64,000 nucleotides of DNA from an uncultured Myxococcales bacterium (GTDB taxonomy: Bacteria; Myxococcota_A; Polyangia; Palsa-1104; JAEUJZ01): positions 4,796 to 68,795 of the forward strand of contig CAZKOY010000006.1 in NCBI GenBank assembly GCA_964554495.1, in the 5' to 3' direction. Shown in pieces: positions 1 through 9,466 of this stretch. How positions within the stretch are numbered: the stretch's first letter is position 1; each line of letters starts with the position of its first letter. The notes below the pieces were generated by a model that saw nothing but the letters and a program-made list of their open reading frames with translations, did not search any database and was not told where the DNA came from. A program made the translations under genes and the position numbers.

Positions 1-820
1 GAAGCCGCTTTTGGTCGAGGGACCCGCGGGCTGTGGCAAGACCGAGCTTTCAAAAGTGATCGCCGCCTCGCTGGATCTAGAGCTGATTCGCTTGCAGTGC
101 TACGAAGGGCTGGATGAGCCCAAGGCGCTGTACGAGTGGGCGTATCCCAAGCAGCTTCTGTACACGCAGATGCTGCGCGACAAGATCGGCGAGCGCTTGG
201 CAGGGTCTGGCACGCTGCGCGACGCCGTCGAGCGGCTGGCCGGCGAAGAGGACGCGTTCTTTTCCGAGAAGTTTCTGCTGCCGCGACCGCTTCTGCGGGC
301 ACTGCGCTCGCCTCATCGCTGTGTGCTTTTGATCGACGAAGTGGATCGCGCCGAGGCCGAGTTCGAAGCCTTTCTTTTGGAAGTGCTGTCCGACTTCCAG
401 GTGTCAATTCCCGAGCTAGGGACACTGCGGGCGCAGCATGTCCCGATCGTTGTCTTAACGTCGAACAACGCTCGCGAGATGACCGATGCGCTGAAGCGGC
501 GCTGCCTGTATCTGCACATCGGCTTCCCCGACGCCGAGCGCGAGCAGGCCATCGTGCGCGCCCGCCTTCCCGAGGCGCCGCAGCAGCTTGTTGCGGAAGT
601 GGTGCGGGTGATCCACGCGCTGCGCAAGCTCGACCTAAAGAAAGATCCCAGCATCGCCGAGACGCTCGAATGGGTGCGGGCTCTGGCGCTGCTGCACGCC
701 GACACGCTCGACAAGAGCTTGGTCGAACAGACGCTGAACGTCGTGCTGAAGTACGACGGCGATCTCGAACGAGCCCAGGAAAAGCTCGGCGAGATCCTGA
801 CGCCAAAAGCTGGGCGCTAG
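1..820 (+). CDS. CbbQ/NirQ/NorQ/GvpN-family (MoxR-like) AAA+ ATPase, 5'-partial (continues upstream of the window)
   Basis: Walker A 'VEGPAGCGKTEL'. Family-typical 'QCYEGLDEPKALYEWAYPKQLL'. Walker B 'VLLIDEVDRA'. The reading frame is open to nt 2, so the N-terminus is outside the window. Confidence 0.75.
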   Translation, partial: KPLLVEGPAGCGKTELSKVIAASLDLELIRLQCYEGLDEPKALYEWAYPKQLLYTQMLRDKIGERLAGSGTLRDAVERLAGEEDAFFSEKFLLPRPLLRALRSPHRCVLLIDEVDRAEAEFEAFLLEVLSDFQVSIPELGTLRAQHVPIVVLTSNNAREMTDALKRRCLYLHIGFPDAEREQAIVRARLPEAPQQLVAEVVRVIHALRKLDLKKDPSIAETLEWVRALALLHADTLDKSLVEQTLNVVLKYDGDLERAQEKLGEILTPKAGR

Positions 821-3800
821 TGCTGTGACGGGCTGCGGCGCTTGATGCGGCGACGCTGCAGCAACAGCGCGAGCAGGGCGAGCCACATGCTGCCAAGCGC
901 CGTCGGAGTCGAGCCGATGCCAACGCTGTGACAGTCGCAGCCGCTTCTTGACACGGGCTCGTCATCAGATGTGGAAAAATCAGCGGATCCTGCATCTTGG
1001 CTGACGACGCGGACAAGGCTGATTCCGTCGCTGAGTGCATCGACTGAGCGCCCAGCGGTAGACAGTGCTCGCACCGCGAACAGATAGAATACGCCGCGCT
1101 GCAGGCTGAGCTCACCAACGGTGGCTTCGCTGACAAGACCGACGTTTTTCCAGTCCGAGATCGCGCGGCCATCCGCGGTCACGACGGCGACTTCGTACCC
1201 TTGGGCGCCGGGCACAGGGCTCCAGCGGGCGCTCATGCGGTCGGAAGTGGTGATGGCGTCGACATCTCGCTCGCCGGGCTGCTCGGGATCTATGTCGAGG
1301 ACCTGGGCTGGGCTGGGCAGGCTTTGATTCTTGAGCGCATATAGATAGCCATCTGCGGCGCTGACCACGATCTCGTCTTTGCCATCGCCATCGGTGTCGG
1401 CAAAGATGGCTTCCCCGACGGCAACGCCGAACGGAACCGCGAAGTCCAGCGAGCCGTCGCAGGCGTTGATCCCGTATAGAAACCCATCGCTGGATCCCAG
1501 GACCACTGTGGGGTGGCCGGTTCCCGTCAGATCTTGATGCACCGCTGCGCTGGTTAGCTGTCCCAGGTATGCGCTTGCGGCGAGTGCGCTGGCTTCATCA
1601 ACAAAGCTGCGGCCCGCGGCCAAGACCTGCGTTGCAAAGCGCCCAAGACTTGCGCCAGACAGCGGTGTGCGCTTGAGCCGCGCGGGATACTTGAGCGAGC
1701 CTTCGACGAAGATCGGCCCCTGCGGGCAGCGGGCCACGGCGCCATAGGGGAACGGGCGATCATCGTCGGGTGACATCCACAGCGTCGAGGCCAGCGCATG
1801 ATCGTACAGCCGCACGGGCGTGAAGCCTCCGTGCAAAAGGACTTCATCGCTGCCATCGCTGTTGTTGTCGACGAGGCTTGGCATGAAATAGCCGTCGCTT
1901 GATCCGCCGCTTGCGAGAAGCGCGCCGTTGGCGCCGGACAGCACCTGGGTCTTGGGCCCTTGCGTGTATACGTCGTCAAAGCCGTCGCTGTTCCATGGAC
2001 CGACGGCGAAGCCTGCAGGCTGTCGGCCGGCACCTGGCGTCATGGGGGCCGCATCCCAAAGCTTGGCACCGTCGATACCCGAGATCCCGCGGGTCCGTAA
2101 CACGACATCTCTAGGATCGCCCCACTGCACTACCAGATCCGTGGTTGCGTCGGCGTTCAAAGTTGCTGGGACCAGGTCGCCAAGCGGGTCGCTCTCGATC
2201 GGCTTTGTCCAGCGCTCGCTGCCGTCGGCGCGAAGCACGGCCACGGACCAGCCGGCATCGCTCTGCTTCAAGCAGGCAATTGCTGGAGCGCTGCCATCTA
2301 AGCGCGGGACCAAGGTCGGTGCCTGATGGTCTTTTCGTTCCCAGACCGGAACGGGCGGCACGGCCCAGCTTGCCGACAGCGGATCCATGCGCAGAAGAGC
2401 CGCTCGACTGTCAGCGACGATGATCGAGTCAGGGCCACCTGGTCGGAACGCGATCGCGCGCGGTGCGCTGCGAAGCTCGCGCCAGCCTCCGCTTGCGTAG
2501 TAGCCGCCGATGCGCAGGCTGAGCTTGCGAGGAAACTCTTCCTCGGTGGTGATCGGCTGCAGACGCCCGTCCAAGAGCTCAAGCACACCGTCGCTGCGAG
2601 CGAGGGCGACGCGGGCACCTTGGCGGTTTGCGTCAAGCACTCGCCACATGTTGAGCATGCGCGTGCCACTTGTGAGCGGGGCTGTGCCGCGTTCCTGGAT
2701 GCTGCCGCTGACCGCAGTCAAGGCGATGAGCGACTCTGCCCCTTTGAGCGTACGGACGATCAGCTCCTCCAAACCGTCTCCGTCGAGATCTTGGCGGAAC
2801 AGGTCGAGGAGCGGTCCTCCCATCGCCAAGCGCTGCGGCTGCAGGGTATAGACGGGCGTGCGATCGGCGACCTGAAAGCGCTGGGTGACGGTTGCGCTGG
2901 GCTTTCGGGCGAAGCTCCAACCGAGCAAGGTGTTGCCCGCCTGCGTCAAAAACAGGCGCTTGCCGGGCTCTTGCATGGTGGCGCTGCCCACGAACCGATG
3001 GCCGGTGATCGCGGGTACTAGATCGGCCCCAGTGCTCGCGTCCAAGATGCGTGTACTGAAACCAGATGCCGCCGGGTCGTAGCCGGATACGACGACCTCA
3101 ACCTTGCCGTCTCCGTCGAGATCTGCCACGGGATCCAAGACCACTGCGTCCCCACTGACATCTGGGGCGAGCGTCACCTTCCAGAAGAGCTGCAAGCTGG
3201 CCGTGCCGTCATAGCGCAGGGCAAAGACCTTGCGCTGGTCCATGCCGGGCGTGTTCGAGTCATTCAGGATGCACACCACTTCGTCGCCCGCAGCACCGTC
3301 GAGGTTTGCGGCATAGCAACTGCTGGAAGAGATCCAGTTGCCCAACATCGCCGCCGACGCGAGCAGCTTGCCGTCTTTTCCGCGGAACAGCTCGACGTGA
3401 TCGTAGTGGCCCTGCATGAGCTCAGCAACGCCGTCTCCGTCGACGTCCGCCGCGATCAGGGTGGACTTACCGCCGCAGGCCACTTTGGGCAAGGTGAATA
3501 GCAGCGCGGGGCTGGCAAAGCCTGTCGCGAACGAGCGGGCAAAGCCGGTCTTGCCGCTGTTGACGCCGCAGCAGCCGCACTCGACTGACAGCACATCGGG
3601 CTTGCGATCGCCGTCGAGATCGACCACCAAGCTGCGCCCGAGTGTACCCAGCTCGCCGTCGGGCTGTTCCCACAACAGGCGGCCATCCGCGAGCGACAGG
3701 ATGAGGACCTTGCTGGTCGCATCCGCCACGATCTCACGCGTGCCATCGCCGTTCAGATCAGCAATGGCGACGACGCCGCGGACATCGTAGGGCCTGCTTT

Positions 3801-4140
3801 GCCAGATGACGCTGTCGTCCGAGCGCTTGGCCACGATGCGTCCGCTGGAAGACAAGAGCAGATCCATGCGCCCATCGGCGTCGAGATCGACGGAAGCAAG
3901 CTGCTGCGGCTGCAGCGAACCGCCCAGGTAGGTCCGCCAGTAGGGAACAGGGCTCTTGAGATCGCTCGTTCCCTGCGCTGCGCCGCTGCGTCGGCCGTCG
4001 TGGCGGGCCATGGGCCAGTCACTGCGGGCAGGCAACGGCAAAAGAAAGACCGTGAGCAAAGCGAGCAGAGAGCGAGAGTGAGTCGGCATGTGCATTGAAA
4101 ACTCCAGAACCGCAGCAGAGCGAAGTCGCAGCGGCGACAT
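817..4140 (-). CDS. Large secreted FG-GAP/VCBS-repeat protein with a MYXO-CTERM-like C-terminal anchor
   Basis: Multiple 'DxDGDGxxD' FG-GAP-like repeats (DLDADGRMDLLL, DLNGDGTREIV, DVDGDGVAELM, DLDGDGKVEVVV, DTDGDGKDEIVV). N-terminal signal peptide 'MPTHSRSLLALLTVFLLPLPA'; the probable start is the internal Met near 4089. The C-terminus 'SGCDCHSVGIGSTP...MWLALLALLLQRRRIKRR' is a Cys motif followed by a hydrophobic helix and a basic tail, as in MYXO-CTERM sorting signals. Confidence 0.7.
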   Translation of the reverse strand: MSPLRLRSAAVLEFSMHMPTHSRSLLALLTVFLLPLPARSDWPMARHDGRRSGAAQGTSDLKSPVPYWRTYLGGSLQPQQLASVDLDADGRMDLLLSSSGRIVAKRSDDSVIWQSRPYDVRGVVAIADLNGDGTREIVADATSKVLILSLADGRLLWEQPDGELGTLGRSLVVDLDGDRKPDVLSVECGCCGVNSGKTGFARSFATGFASPALLFTLPKVACGGKSTLIAADVDGDGVAELMQGHYDHVELFRGKDGKLLASAAMLGNWISSSSCYAANLDGAAGDEVVCILNDSNTPGMDQRKVFALRYDGTASLQLFWKVTLAPDVSGDAVVLDPVADLDGDGKVEVVVSGYDPAASGFSTRILDASTGADLVPAITGHRFVGSATMQEPGKRLFLTQAGNTLLGWSFARKPSATVTQRFQVADRTPVYTLQPQRLAMGGPLLDLFRQDLDGDGLEELIVRTLKGAESLIALTAVSGSIQERGTAPLTSGTRMLNMWRVLDANRQGARVALARSDGVLELLDGRLQPITTEEEFPRKLSLRIGGYYASGGWRELRSAPRAIAFRPGGPDSIIVADSRAALLRMDPLSASWAVPPVPVWERKDHQAPTLVPRLDGSAPAIACLKQSDAGWSVAVLRADGSERWTKPIESDPLGDLVPATLNADATTDLVVQWGDPRDVVLRTRGISGIDGAKLWDAAPMTPGAGRQPAGFAVGPWNSDGFDDVYTQGPKTQVLSGANGALLASGGSSDGYFMPSLVDNNSDGSDEVLLHGGFTPVRLYDHALASTLWMSPDDDRPFPYGAVARCPQGPIFVEGSLKYPARLKRTPLSGASLGRFATQVLAAGRSFVDEASALAASAYLGQLTSAAVHQDLTGTGHPTVVLGSSDGFLYGINACDGSLDFAVPFGVAVGEAIFADTDGDGKDEIVVSAADGYLYALKNQSLPSPAQVLDIDPEQPGERDVDAITTSDRMSARWSPVPGAQGYEVAVVTADGRAISDWKNVGLVSEATVGELSLQRGVFYLFAVRALSTAGRSVDALSDGISLVRVVSQDAGSADFSTSDDEPVSRSGCDCHSVGIGSTPTALGSMWLALLALLLQRRRIKRRSPSQH

Positions 4141-4176
4141 ACTCTTGCGCGTGCCGAGAGGTCAAGCGGTGCCGAC

Positions 4177-4386
4177 TCAGGAAGAGCGAGAGCCTCGCGG
4201 TAACAGATCATCAAAGCTGAGCTGACGTTGCGCCGCGATCGCGGCCCGGTGACGCTCAAGGACCATATCGATTCCTTGACGAATGTACTCAGCAACGGGA
4301 ACGCGGGTCTCGGCATGCAGGCGCTTGAGCGCTTGGTCCTGCTCTTCCGTGATGTAGATCGTCGTCGAGACCTTCCGGCGCGACAT
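4177..4386 (-). CDS. Ribbon-helix-helix (CopG/Arc/MetJ-like) DNA-binding protein, 69 aa
   Basis: C-terminal 69 codons of the 233-aa track ORF, 'MSRRKVSTTIYITEEQDQALKRLHAETRVPVAEYIRQGIDMVLERH', have the beta-strand then two-helix RHH pattern. The ATG start at 4384-4386 follows from codon arithmetic. The longer upstream extension is Arg/Ser-rich and probably not translated. Confidence 0.55.
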   Translation of the reverse strand: MSRRKVSTTIYITEEQDQALKRLHAETRVPVAEYIRQGIDMVLERHRAAIAAQRQLSFDDLLPRGSRSS

Positions 4387-4495
4387 GACGATAGAATACA
4401 CAAGTCGGCAGGGATTGTGTGGTAAGACGCCCGATGTGCAGGCGCGCCTGGATTCACACACAGCGAACGAAGGAAGCCCACGACGTGACAAGACG

Positions 4496-5647
4496 ATGTC
4501 GACGGCAGGCTGGTCGGCGGGCCAGCGGTCGCTCGTATGGCGCCTGCTTGGGGTGACGCTCGGGCTCTTGCTGCTGAATGGCCTTTTGCTTCTGCCGGCC
4601 GGAAGTTCGACGGGAAAAACGGCGGCGGTGGCCAGCCATGATCGACTGCGTGTCGGCTTGGTGTTCGATGTTGGTGGGCGCGGCGACAAGTCGTTCAACG
4701 ACGCGGCGTATCGCGGTGTCGAGCGAGCGCAGCGCGAGCTAGACATCGAGGCCGAGTTCATCGAGCCCGGCGAAGGCACCGATCGCGAGTCGGGCCTGCG
4801 CTTGCTTGCTGCGCGCGGCTTCGATCTGATCATCGGGGTCGGCTTCGTGTTTTCCGACGACATGCTGATGGTGGCCAAGGACTACCCACTGCGGCGCTTC
4901 GCCAATGTCGATTACGCCAAGTTCGACGAGCACGGCTTTGTGATGCCGCCCAAGAACATGGTGGCGCTGAAGTTTCGGGAAGAAGAAGGCAGCTATCTGG
5001 TGGGGGCCATCGCCGGCCTGTCCACGAAAAGCCACGTGGTTGGCTTCGTCGGTGGCATGGACATTCCGCTGATCCACAAGTTTGAAAACGGCTATCGCCT
5101 GGGCGTGCTTTCCGTCTGCCCAGACTGCCGCGTGTTGGTTGGTTATGCCGGGACCAGCGGGGATGCGTTCAAGAACCCCACGCGCGGCAAAGAGCTAGCG
5201 ATGGCGCAGTATGCGGCCAACGCCGAGGTGATCTTTCACGCGGCTGGCTCGACGGGCCTGGGGGTCTTTGAAGCAGCGCGCGAGCACAAGCAGAAGGCGA
5301 TAGGTGTCGACTGCGATCAGTGGGATGAGGCGCCGGGTGTGATCCTGACGTCGATGATCAAACGTGTCGACGTAAGCGTCTTTGAAGTGATCGCCGATCT
5401 GAAGCGGGGTCGCTTTGAAAGCGGCGTGCGCGTGTTCGGCTTGGCCGAAGGCGGCGTCGACTATGTCTATGCCGAACCCGAGCGCGGCATGATCGCCCCT
5501 GCAGTGCGGGCTCGTGTCGAGTCGCTGCGTCAGCAGATCGTGGCGGGCGCCATCCAAGTCGACGGCGAGCGCGCACCGGCCTCACCAATCAAGGCCGAGC
5601 CACGTGGCACACCGCCGGGCGAAGCAAGAAAAGGGGGTGCGCTCTGA
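4496..5647 (+). CDS. BMP-family (PnrA/Med-like) ABC transporter substrate-binding lipoprotein
   Basis: 'RVGLVFDVGGRGDKSFNDAAYRGVERAQRELDIEAEFIEPGEG' and 'VGFVGGMDIPLIHKFENGY' are typical of the basic-membrane-protein family. There is an N-terminal hydrophobic signal. Start placed at the internal Met (ORF index 37). Confidence 0.8.
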   Translation: MSTAGWSAGQRSLVWRLLGVTLGLLLLNGLLLLPAGSSTGKTAAVASHDRLRVGLVFDVGGRGDKSFNDAAYRGVERAQRELDIEAEFIEPGEGTDRESGLRLLAARGFDLIIGVGFVFSDDMLMVAKDYPLRRFANVDYAKFDEHGFVMPPKNMVALKFREEEGSYLVGAIAGLSTKSHVVGFVGGMDIPLIHKFENGYRLGVLSVCPDCRVLVGYAGTSGDAFKNPTRGKELAMAQYAANAEVIFHAAGSTGLGVFEAAREHKQKAIGVDCDQWDEAPGVILTSMIKRVDVSVFEVIADLKRGRFESGVRVFGLAEGGVDYVYAEPERGMIAPAVRARVESLRQQIVAGAIQVDGERAPASPIKAEPRGTPPGEARKGGAL

Positions 5648-5670
5648 GTGCCGCAACGCAAGGTTCGCCG

Positions 5671-7383
5671 TTGATAAGCGGCACATCGGATGTCGCCGAG
5701 CATGTTCGTCCGCCGCTTTTTGCGTCGTCATCGGCGGCCCTGTGTGAGCTTCGCAGAGCCTCGGTTCGCTATGGCGCTCATCTGGCCAACCAGGATGTCT
5801 CGATCGCGGTGCGGCCGGGCGAAGTCGTAGCGCTGCTTGGGGAAAACGGGGCGGGAAAATCGACGACGCTGCACGCGCTGTATGGCCTGGTACCGCTGTC
5901 CGCTGGTGATGTCTGCTATGGCGGAAGTGCGGTGCCAGCTTCGCCCGAGCGCGCCATTTCTGGCGGCGTGGGCCTGGTCAGCCAGCACTTCTTGCTGGTG
6001 CCCACCCTGACGGTGGCCGAGAACATTGTCCTTGGGCGCGAGCCGCGAAGGCGGGGCGTTTTTTTCGATCGCCGACGCGCCGAGGCCGAAGTGCATGCGC
6101 TCGCCGAGAGCTATGGCCTGCACGTGCAGCCCGAGCGGATCGTGGGCTCGCTAAGCGTTGGGGAAGCGCAGCGGGTCGAGATCCTAAAGGCGCTGTATCG
6201 CGGGGCCCGCTGCCTGCTTTTGGATGAACCCACGGCGGTGCTGACCCCGAAGGAAGCGATCACCATGCTGCGGGCGCTGCGGGCGCGCTTCGTCGGTGAG
6301 CGCCGTGAACGCGGTCTGCTTATCGTGACGCACAAGCTCGATGAGGTGCTGGAAGTAGCCGACCGGGCGGTCGTGCTGCGCGCTGGGCGCGTCGTGGCTG
6401 AGGTGGAACGGGCGAACTTTTCGGCCCGCGAGCTAGCGCACGCCTTGGTGGGCCGCGAGCTGGTGCCAATTACGCGACAAGGAACCGCCAGCCTGCACGG
6501 CTCGTCGGTCGCGGCCTCGACGGCGTCGAGCCTGTCGCTGCGCAATGTGCAGGTGGTGCGGGACGGGGTCGAGCGAGTTCGGGGCATCAGCCTGGACCTG
6601 CAGCCGGGCACCATCGTCGGCATCGCTGGCGTCGAGGGCAATGGACAGACCGAGCTGTGCTTGGCGCTGGCAGGGCTTCTGCCCTTTTCTGCGGGACAGG
6701 TTGCCCTGCATGGCCGCGACATCACACAGGCTCGGGTTGCTGAGCGTCGCCAGGCGGGCATGTCATGGGTGCTGGAGGATCGCCAGCGGCATGGCTTGGT
6801 GCTGGACTTCACGCTGGCCGAAAACCTGCTTTTGGGACGCCAAACGCTCTATCGAAAAGAGCGCGTGGCGGGCCATTCCGCGGGAGGCTTGGTGAGGCGG
6901 CTTGCCGGCTGGCTCATCGATCGGCAGCGCTTGGCACAGGACGCAGCCGCACTGCTGACACAACACGACGTGCGACCGATGGAACACACGGCCTTGGCGC
7001 GGTCGCTTTCCGGTGGCAATCAGCAGAAGCTGCTGCTGGCCCGCGCGCTGGCCGATGCCGAGCAAGCGCAGCGACAGGTTCTCGTGGTGGCACAGCCAAC
7101 GCGTGGGGTCGACATCGGCGCCGTGCAGTCGCTTCATCAGATGCTGCTTGCGGCTCGCGATCGCGGGGCTGCGATCTTGCTGGTGTCCTCCGAGCTCGAC
7201 GAGCTACGCGCGCTGTGTGATCGCATTGCCGTGTTGTATCGCGGCCGGGTGATTGCTGAGCTGAACAATCCTGCGAGCGCGCCCGTCGAGCGAGAGCGTT
7301 TAGGCGAGCTCTTGGCGGGTCTGGGGGCAGAGCCCGTGTCGGCACGAATCATCGACGAAGCCCCGCACGGCCAAGCGCGCTGA
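5671..7383 (+). CDS. ABC transporter ATP-binding protein with two fused ATPase domains (sugar/nucleoside-uptake type)
   Basis: First Walker A 'LGENGAGKSTTL' and second P-loop region 'GIAGVEGNGQTEL'. Signature 'LSGGNQQKLLLARAL'. Walker B 'LLLDEPT' and 'ILLVSSELDE'. The start is TTG per the ORF track, immediately after the BMP gene. Confidence 0.85.
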   Translation: MISGTSDVAEHVRPPLFASSSAALCELRRASVRYGAHLANQDVSIAVRPGEVVALLGENGAGKSTTLHALYGLVPLSAGDVCYGGSAVPASPERAISGGVGLVSQHFLLVPTLTVAENIVLGREPRRRGVFFDRRRAEAEVHALAESYGLHVQPERIVGSLSVGEAQRVEILKALYRGARCLLLDEPTAVLTPKEAITMLRALRARFVGERRERGLLIVTHKLDEVLEVADRAVVLRAGRVVAEVERANFSARELAHALVGRELVPITRQGTASLHGSSVAASTASSLSLRNVQVVRDGVERVRGISLDLQPGTIVGIAGVEGNGQTELCLALAGLLPFSAGQVALHGRDITQARVAERRQAGMSWVLEDRQRHGLVLDFTLAENLLLGRQTLYRKERVAGHSAGGLVRRLAGWLIDRQRLAQDAAALLTQHDVRPMEHTALARSLSGGNQQKLLLARALADAEQAQRQVLVVAQPTRGVDIGAVQSLHQMLLAARDRGAAILLVSSELDELRALCDRIAVLYRGRVIAELNNPASAPVERERLGELLAGLGAEPVSARIIDEAPHGQAR

Positions 7384-7471
7384 AGAAGAGCGGCTGGCGG
7401 AGCTGCGTATCGCGGACCCTGCCGATGGAGCCCTTGGTTCGCGGACCGGTCAGAGTTGAGAGGCGCTGCGC

Positions 7472-8263
7472 TTGCGCGTACAACCTATCCTTATGCCGAG
7501 ATCGATGTTCTGTTCGAGTGACTCGCGGGATGAAGCGGGCCTAGTGTTGCAGAGACGCGGGCTTTTTGGCGGTGCAGTCGCGCGCTGGCTGGGGCTGCTG
7601 CTTGTGTGGGGAGCGCTGCTGAGCTGCAAGCGCCCGCCGCCCGAGCCGCTGGTCAAGCCGGGTATGTATCAAAGCAGCCCCGAGGAGCTTTCGCGTCTGT
7701 GGCATGACATCTTGGCTGCTTGCAAAGCCGACGATCGCAACCGTGTACACGAGCTCATGCGATCGTTCGTCATGACCCAGCCCGAGCTTACGAGCTTGCT
7801 CGGGCCGATGCAGGGACAGGCTCTGTGGGCGCGCTATCAGGCGATGCTGGGATCGCTGGTCAACGCCGGAGCTGTCGAGCTCGTCGCGCATGTCTACGAG
7901 AAAAAGTACGACGACATCTCGGTCACGCGCATCGATCAACTGCCACTTGTCGAACAGGCGGACACCGATCGCGCGGTGCTGGCGGCGCTCGTCAACAAGC
8001 CACCGATCTACACGGTGCGTGTGAAGCGCAAGACCGAGGCCAAGGGCCTGCGCTATGACTTCTTCGTGTATCTCGACGGGTATTGGCGCAGCGGCAACCT
8101 GCTTGGCAAGTTCTTGCCGCCCGCTCCGGCTCCGGCTTCCTCAGCCGCATCGGCGCCGGCTGAGGGGGCTGGTGATGCGGGTGCGCCTCCTTCTGCAGCG
8201 CCTACGCTCCCACCGGCTGCATCGGCGGATCTGGGGACGCAAAAGACCGCCTCCGAGAAGTGA
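7472..8263 (+). CDS. Hypothetical lipoprotein with an Ala/Pro-rich C-terminal tail
   Basis: Signal plus lipobox 'WLGLLLVWGALLSCK'. No recognisable catalytic motif. C-terminus is 'PPAPAPASSAASAPAEGAGDAGAPPSAAPTLPPAA'. Confidence 0.45.
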   Translation: MRVQPILMPRSMFCSSDSRDEAGLVLQRRGLFGGAVARWLGLLLVWGALLSCKRPPPEPLVKPGMYQSSPEELSRLWHDILAACKADDRNRVHELMRSFVMTQPELTSLLGPMQGQALWARYQAMLGSLVNAGAVELVAHVYEKKYDDISVTRIDQLPLVEQADTDRAVLAALVNKPPIYTVRVKRKTEAKGLRYDFFVYLDGYWRSGNLLGKFLPPAPAPASSAASAPAEGAGDAGAPPSAAPTLPPAASADLGTQKTASEK

Positions 8264-8356
8264 AGCTCTCAGCTTGGCGACGGGGCAGGCGCGGTTCTTG
8301 AGAGGTCAGAGCCCCGTTGTGCAAGGCCCTATGGTGCGGTTTCTGGACCACCAAAT

Positions 8357-8397
8357 GCACGTGGAAGTCGTTGCACTATTTGAAAAAAATTTGTAAT
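8357..8397 (+). promoter_or_regulatory. Sigma-70-like promoter candidate in an AT-rich island (TTGCAC, 17 nt, TAATGT)
   Basis: 'TTGCACtatttgaaaaaaatttgTAATGT' sits in an unusually AT-rich stretch, directly upstream of the small Fis-type HTH ORF and the kynA-arfB genes. Confidence 0.3.
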
Positions 8398-8406
8398 GTA
8401 GCTCTG

Positions 8407-8670
8407 GTGACAACTGCAAGAAGACCACGATCCGAAGGGCGCCTAGCGAAGTATCTTCGCAGGTGCGAACGCGACTTCATCCTCAAGGCCCTCAAGATGC
8501 ATCGCGGCCACAACAGCCAGACGGCTTCGTGGCTGGGGGTCAGCCGACGCGCGCTGTACGACAAGATGCGCGACTACGGGCTAGACGGCGAAGCATCGGC
8601 GATGCGGACCGAGGCCGGCATCATGGGGCCGCGCAAGGTCGACCTGAACGGCAGCGAAGCCGGCGACTAG
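8407..8670 (+). CDS. Small Fis-family helix-turn-helix DNA-binding protein (about 87 aa, GTG start)
   Basis: 'ERDFILKALKMHRGHNSQTASWLGVSRRALYDKMRDYGL' is a canonical Fis/NtrC-C-terminal HTH. A GTG at 8407 is in frame. The upstream ATG at 8317 would lie inside the promoter-like AT-rich island. Confidence 0.45.
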   Translation: MTTARRPRSEGRLAKYLRRCERDFILKALKMHRGHNSQTASWLGVSRRALYDKMRDYGLDGEASAMRTEAGIMGPRKVDLNGSEAGD

Positions 8671-8723
8671 GCACGCCAGCTATGCCGGTGACGGGCTAGC
8701 GTGGGGCGTGATATCCATGTCCT

Positions 8724-9443
8724 ATGCCTGCGCCGCCCACCGATTATGAGCTGTACCTGCGTGTGCCTGAGCTGCTGAGCCTGCAAAAAAAGCCTGAGCA
8801 GCTCGCGTGTCCCGACGAGCTTTTGTTTCAAGTCGTGCATCAAAGCGCCGAGCTGTGGATGAAGCTCATTGACCATGAGCTTGGCCGCGCTGCGACGCTG
8901 CTCGACCGAGATGACCTGGGGGAAGTCGCGGTGCTCCTGCGACGCGTCCATGCGGTTCAGAACCTGCTTCTGGACGGCATGGAGACGCTGTACACGCTGA
9001 GCTCTGCCGACTATATGCGCATCCGCGCCGTGCTGGGGCGTGGCTCGGGCCAGGAGTCGCCTGGCTTTCGTCGCATGCTGGCCGCGCCGGGCGAGCTTTG
9101 GCCGCACTTCGAGTCGCTGCTTGAGCGCCAGCGCCTGACGCTGACCGAGATCTATCGCGAGCCGCGTCGCTTTCCGTCGGTGTACGCCGCTGCCGAGGGG
9201 CTCATCGAGCTGGATCTGCGTCTGCAAGAGTGGCGCAACCGCCACATCCTGCTTGTGTACCGGACGATTGGCGTCGGCACTCCCTCGCTAAAAGGCAAGC
9301 ACTCAGAGCTTCTAGAGCGCGGCCTGCGGACGCAGTTTTTCCCGGCGCTTTGGCAGGTGCGCGACGAGCTGTTCGCCGAGTGGACGGCAGAACACCCAAA
9401 CGGCGCAGAGTACACGCTGGTCAGCCCGAACAGCACACGCTAG
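8724..9443 (+). CDS. kynA: Tryptophan 2,3-dioxygenase
   Basis: N-terminus 'DYELYLRVPELLSLQKKPEQLACPDELLFQVVHQSAELWMKL' matches the conserved TDO start (Y-x-x-YL-x-L-x-x-LL-x-x-Q). Length 239 aa. Confidence 0.85.
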   Translation: MPAPPTDYELYLRVPELLSLQKKPEQLACPDELLFQVVHQSAELWMKLIDHELGRAATLLDRDDLGEVAVLLRRVHAVQNLLLDGMETLYTLSSADYMRIRAVLGRGSGQESPGFRRMLAAPGELWPHFESLLERQRLTLTEIYREPRRFPSVYAAAEGLIELDLRLQEWRNRHILLVYRTIGVGTPSLKGKHSELLERGLRTQFFPALWQVRDELFAEWTAEHPNGAEYTLVSPNSTR

Positions 9444-9466
9444 GCGTCGCAGAGCGCGGAGCGTCG

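Noticed and set aside
136-828. 230-aa ORF in an alternative plus frame over the AAA+ ATPase gene, and the 817..4140 internal alternative frames (for example 2326..3021)
   Set aside because: Overlapping out-of-frame ORFs with Arg-rich low-complexity translations. The ATPase frame carries Walker A and B motifs.
8350-8375. Possible sigma-54 promoter (TGGAAGTCGTTGCA) upstream of the Fis-type ORF
   Set aside because: The GG and GC elements are spaced 2 nt too close to the TGGCAC-N5-TTGC consensus. A sigma-70-like TTGCAC-17-TAATGT fits better.
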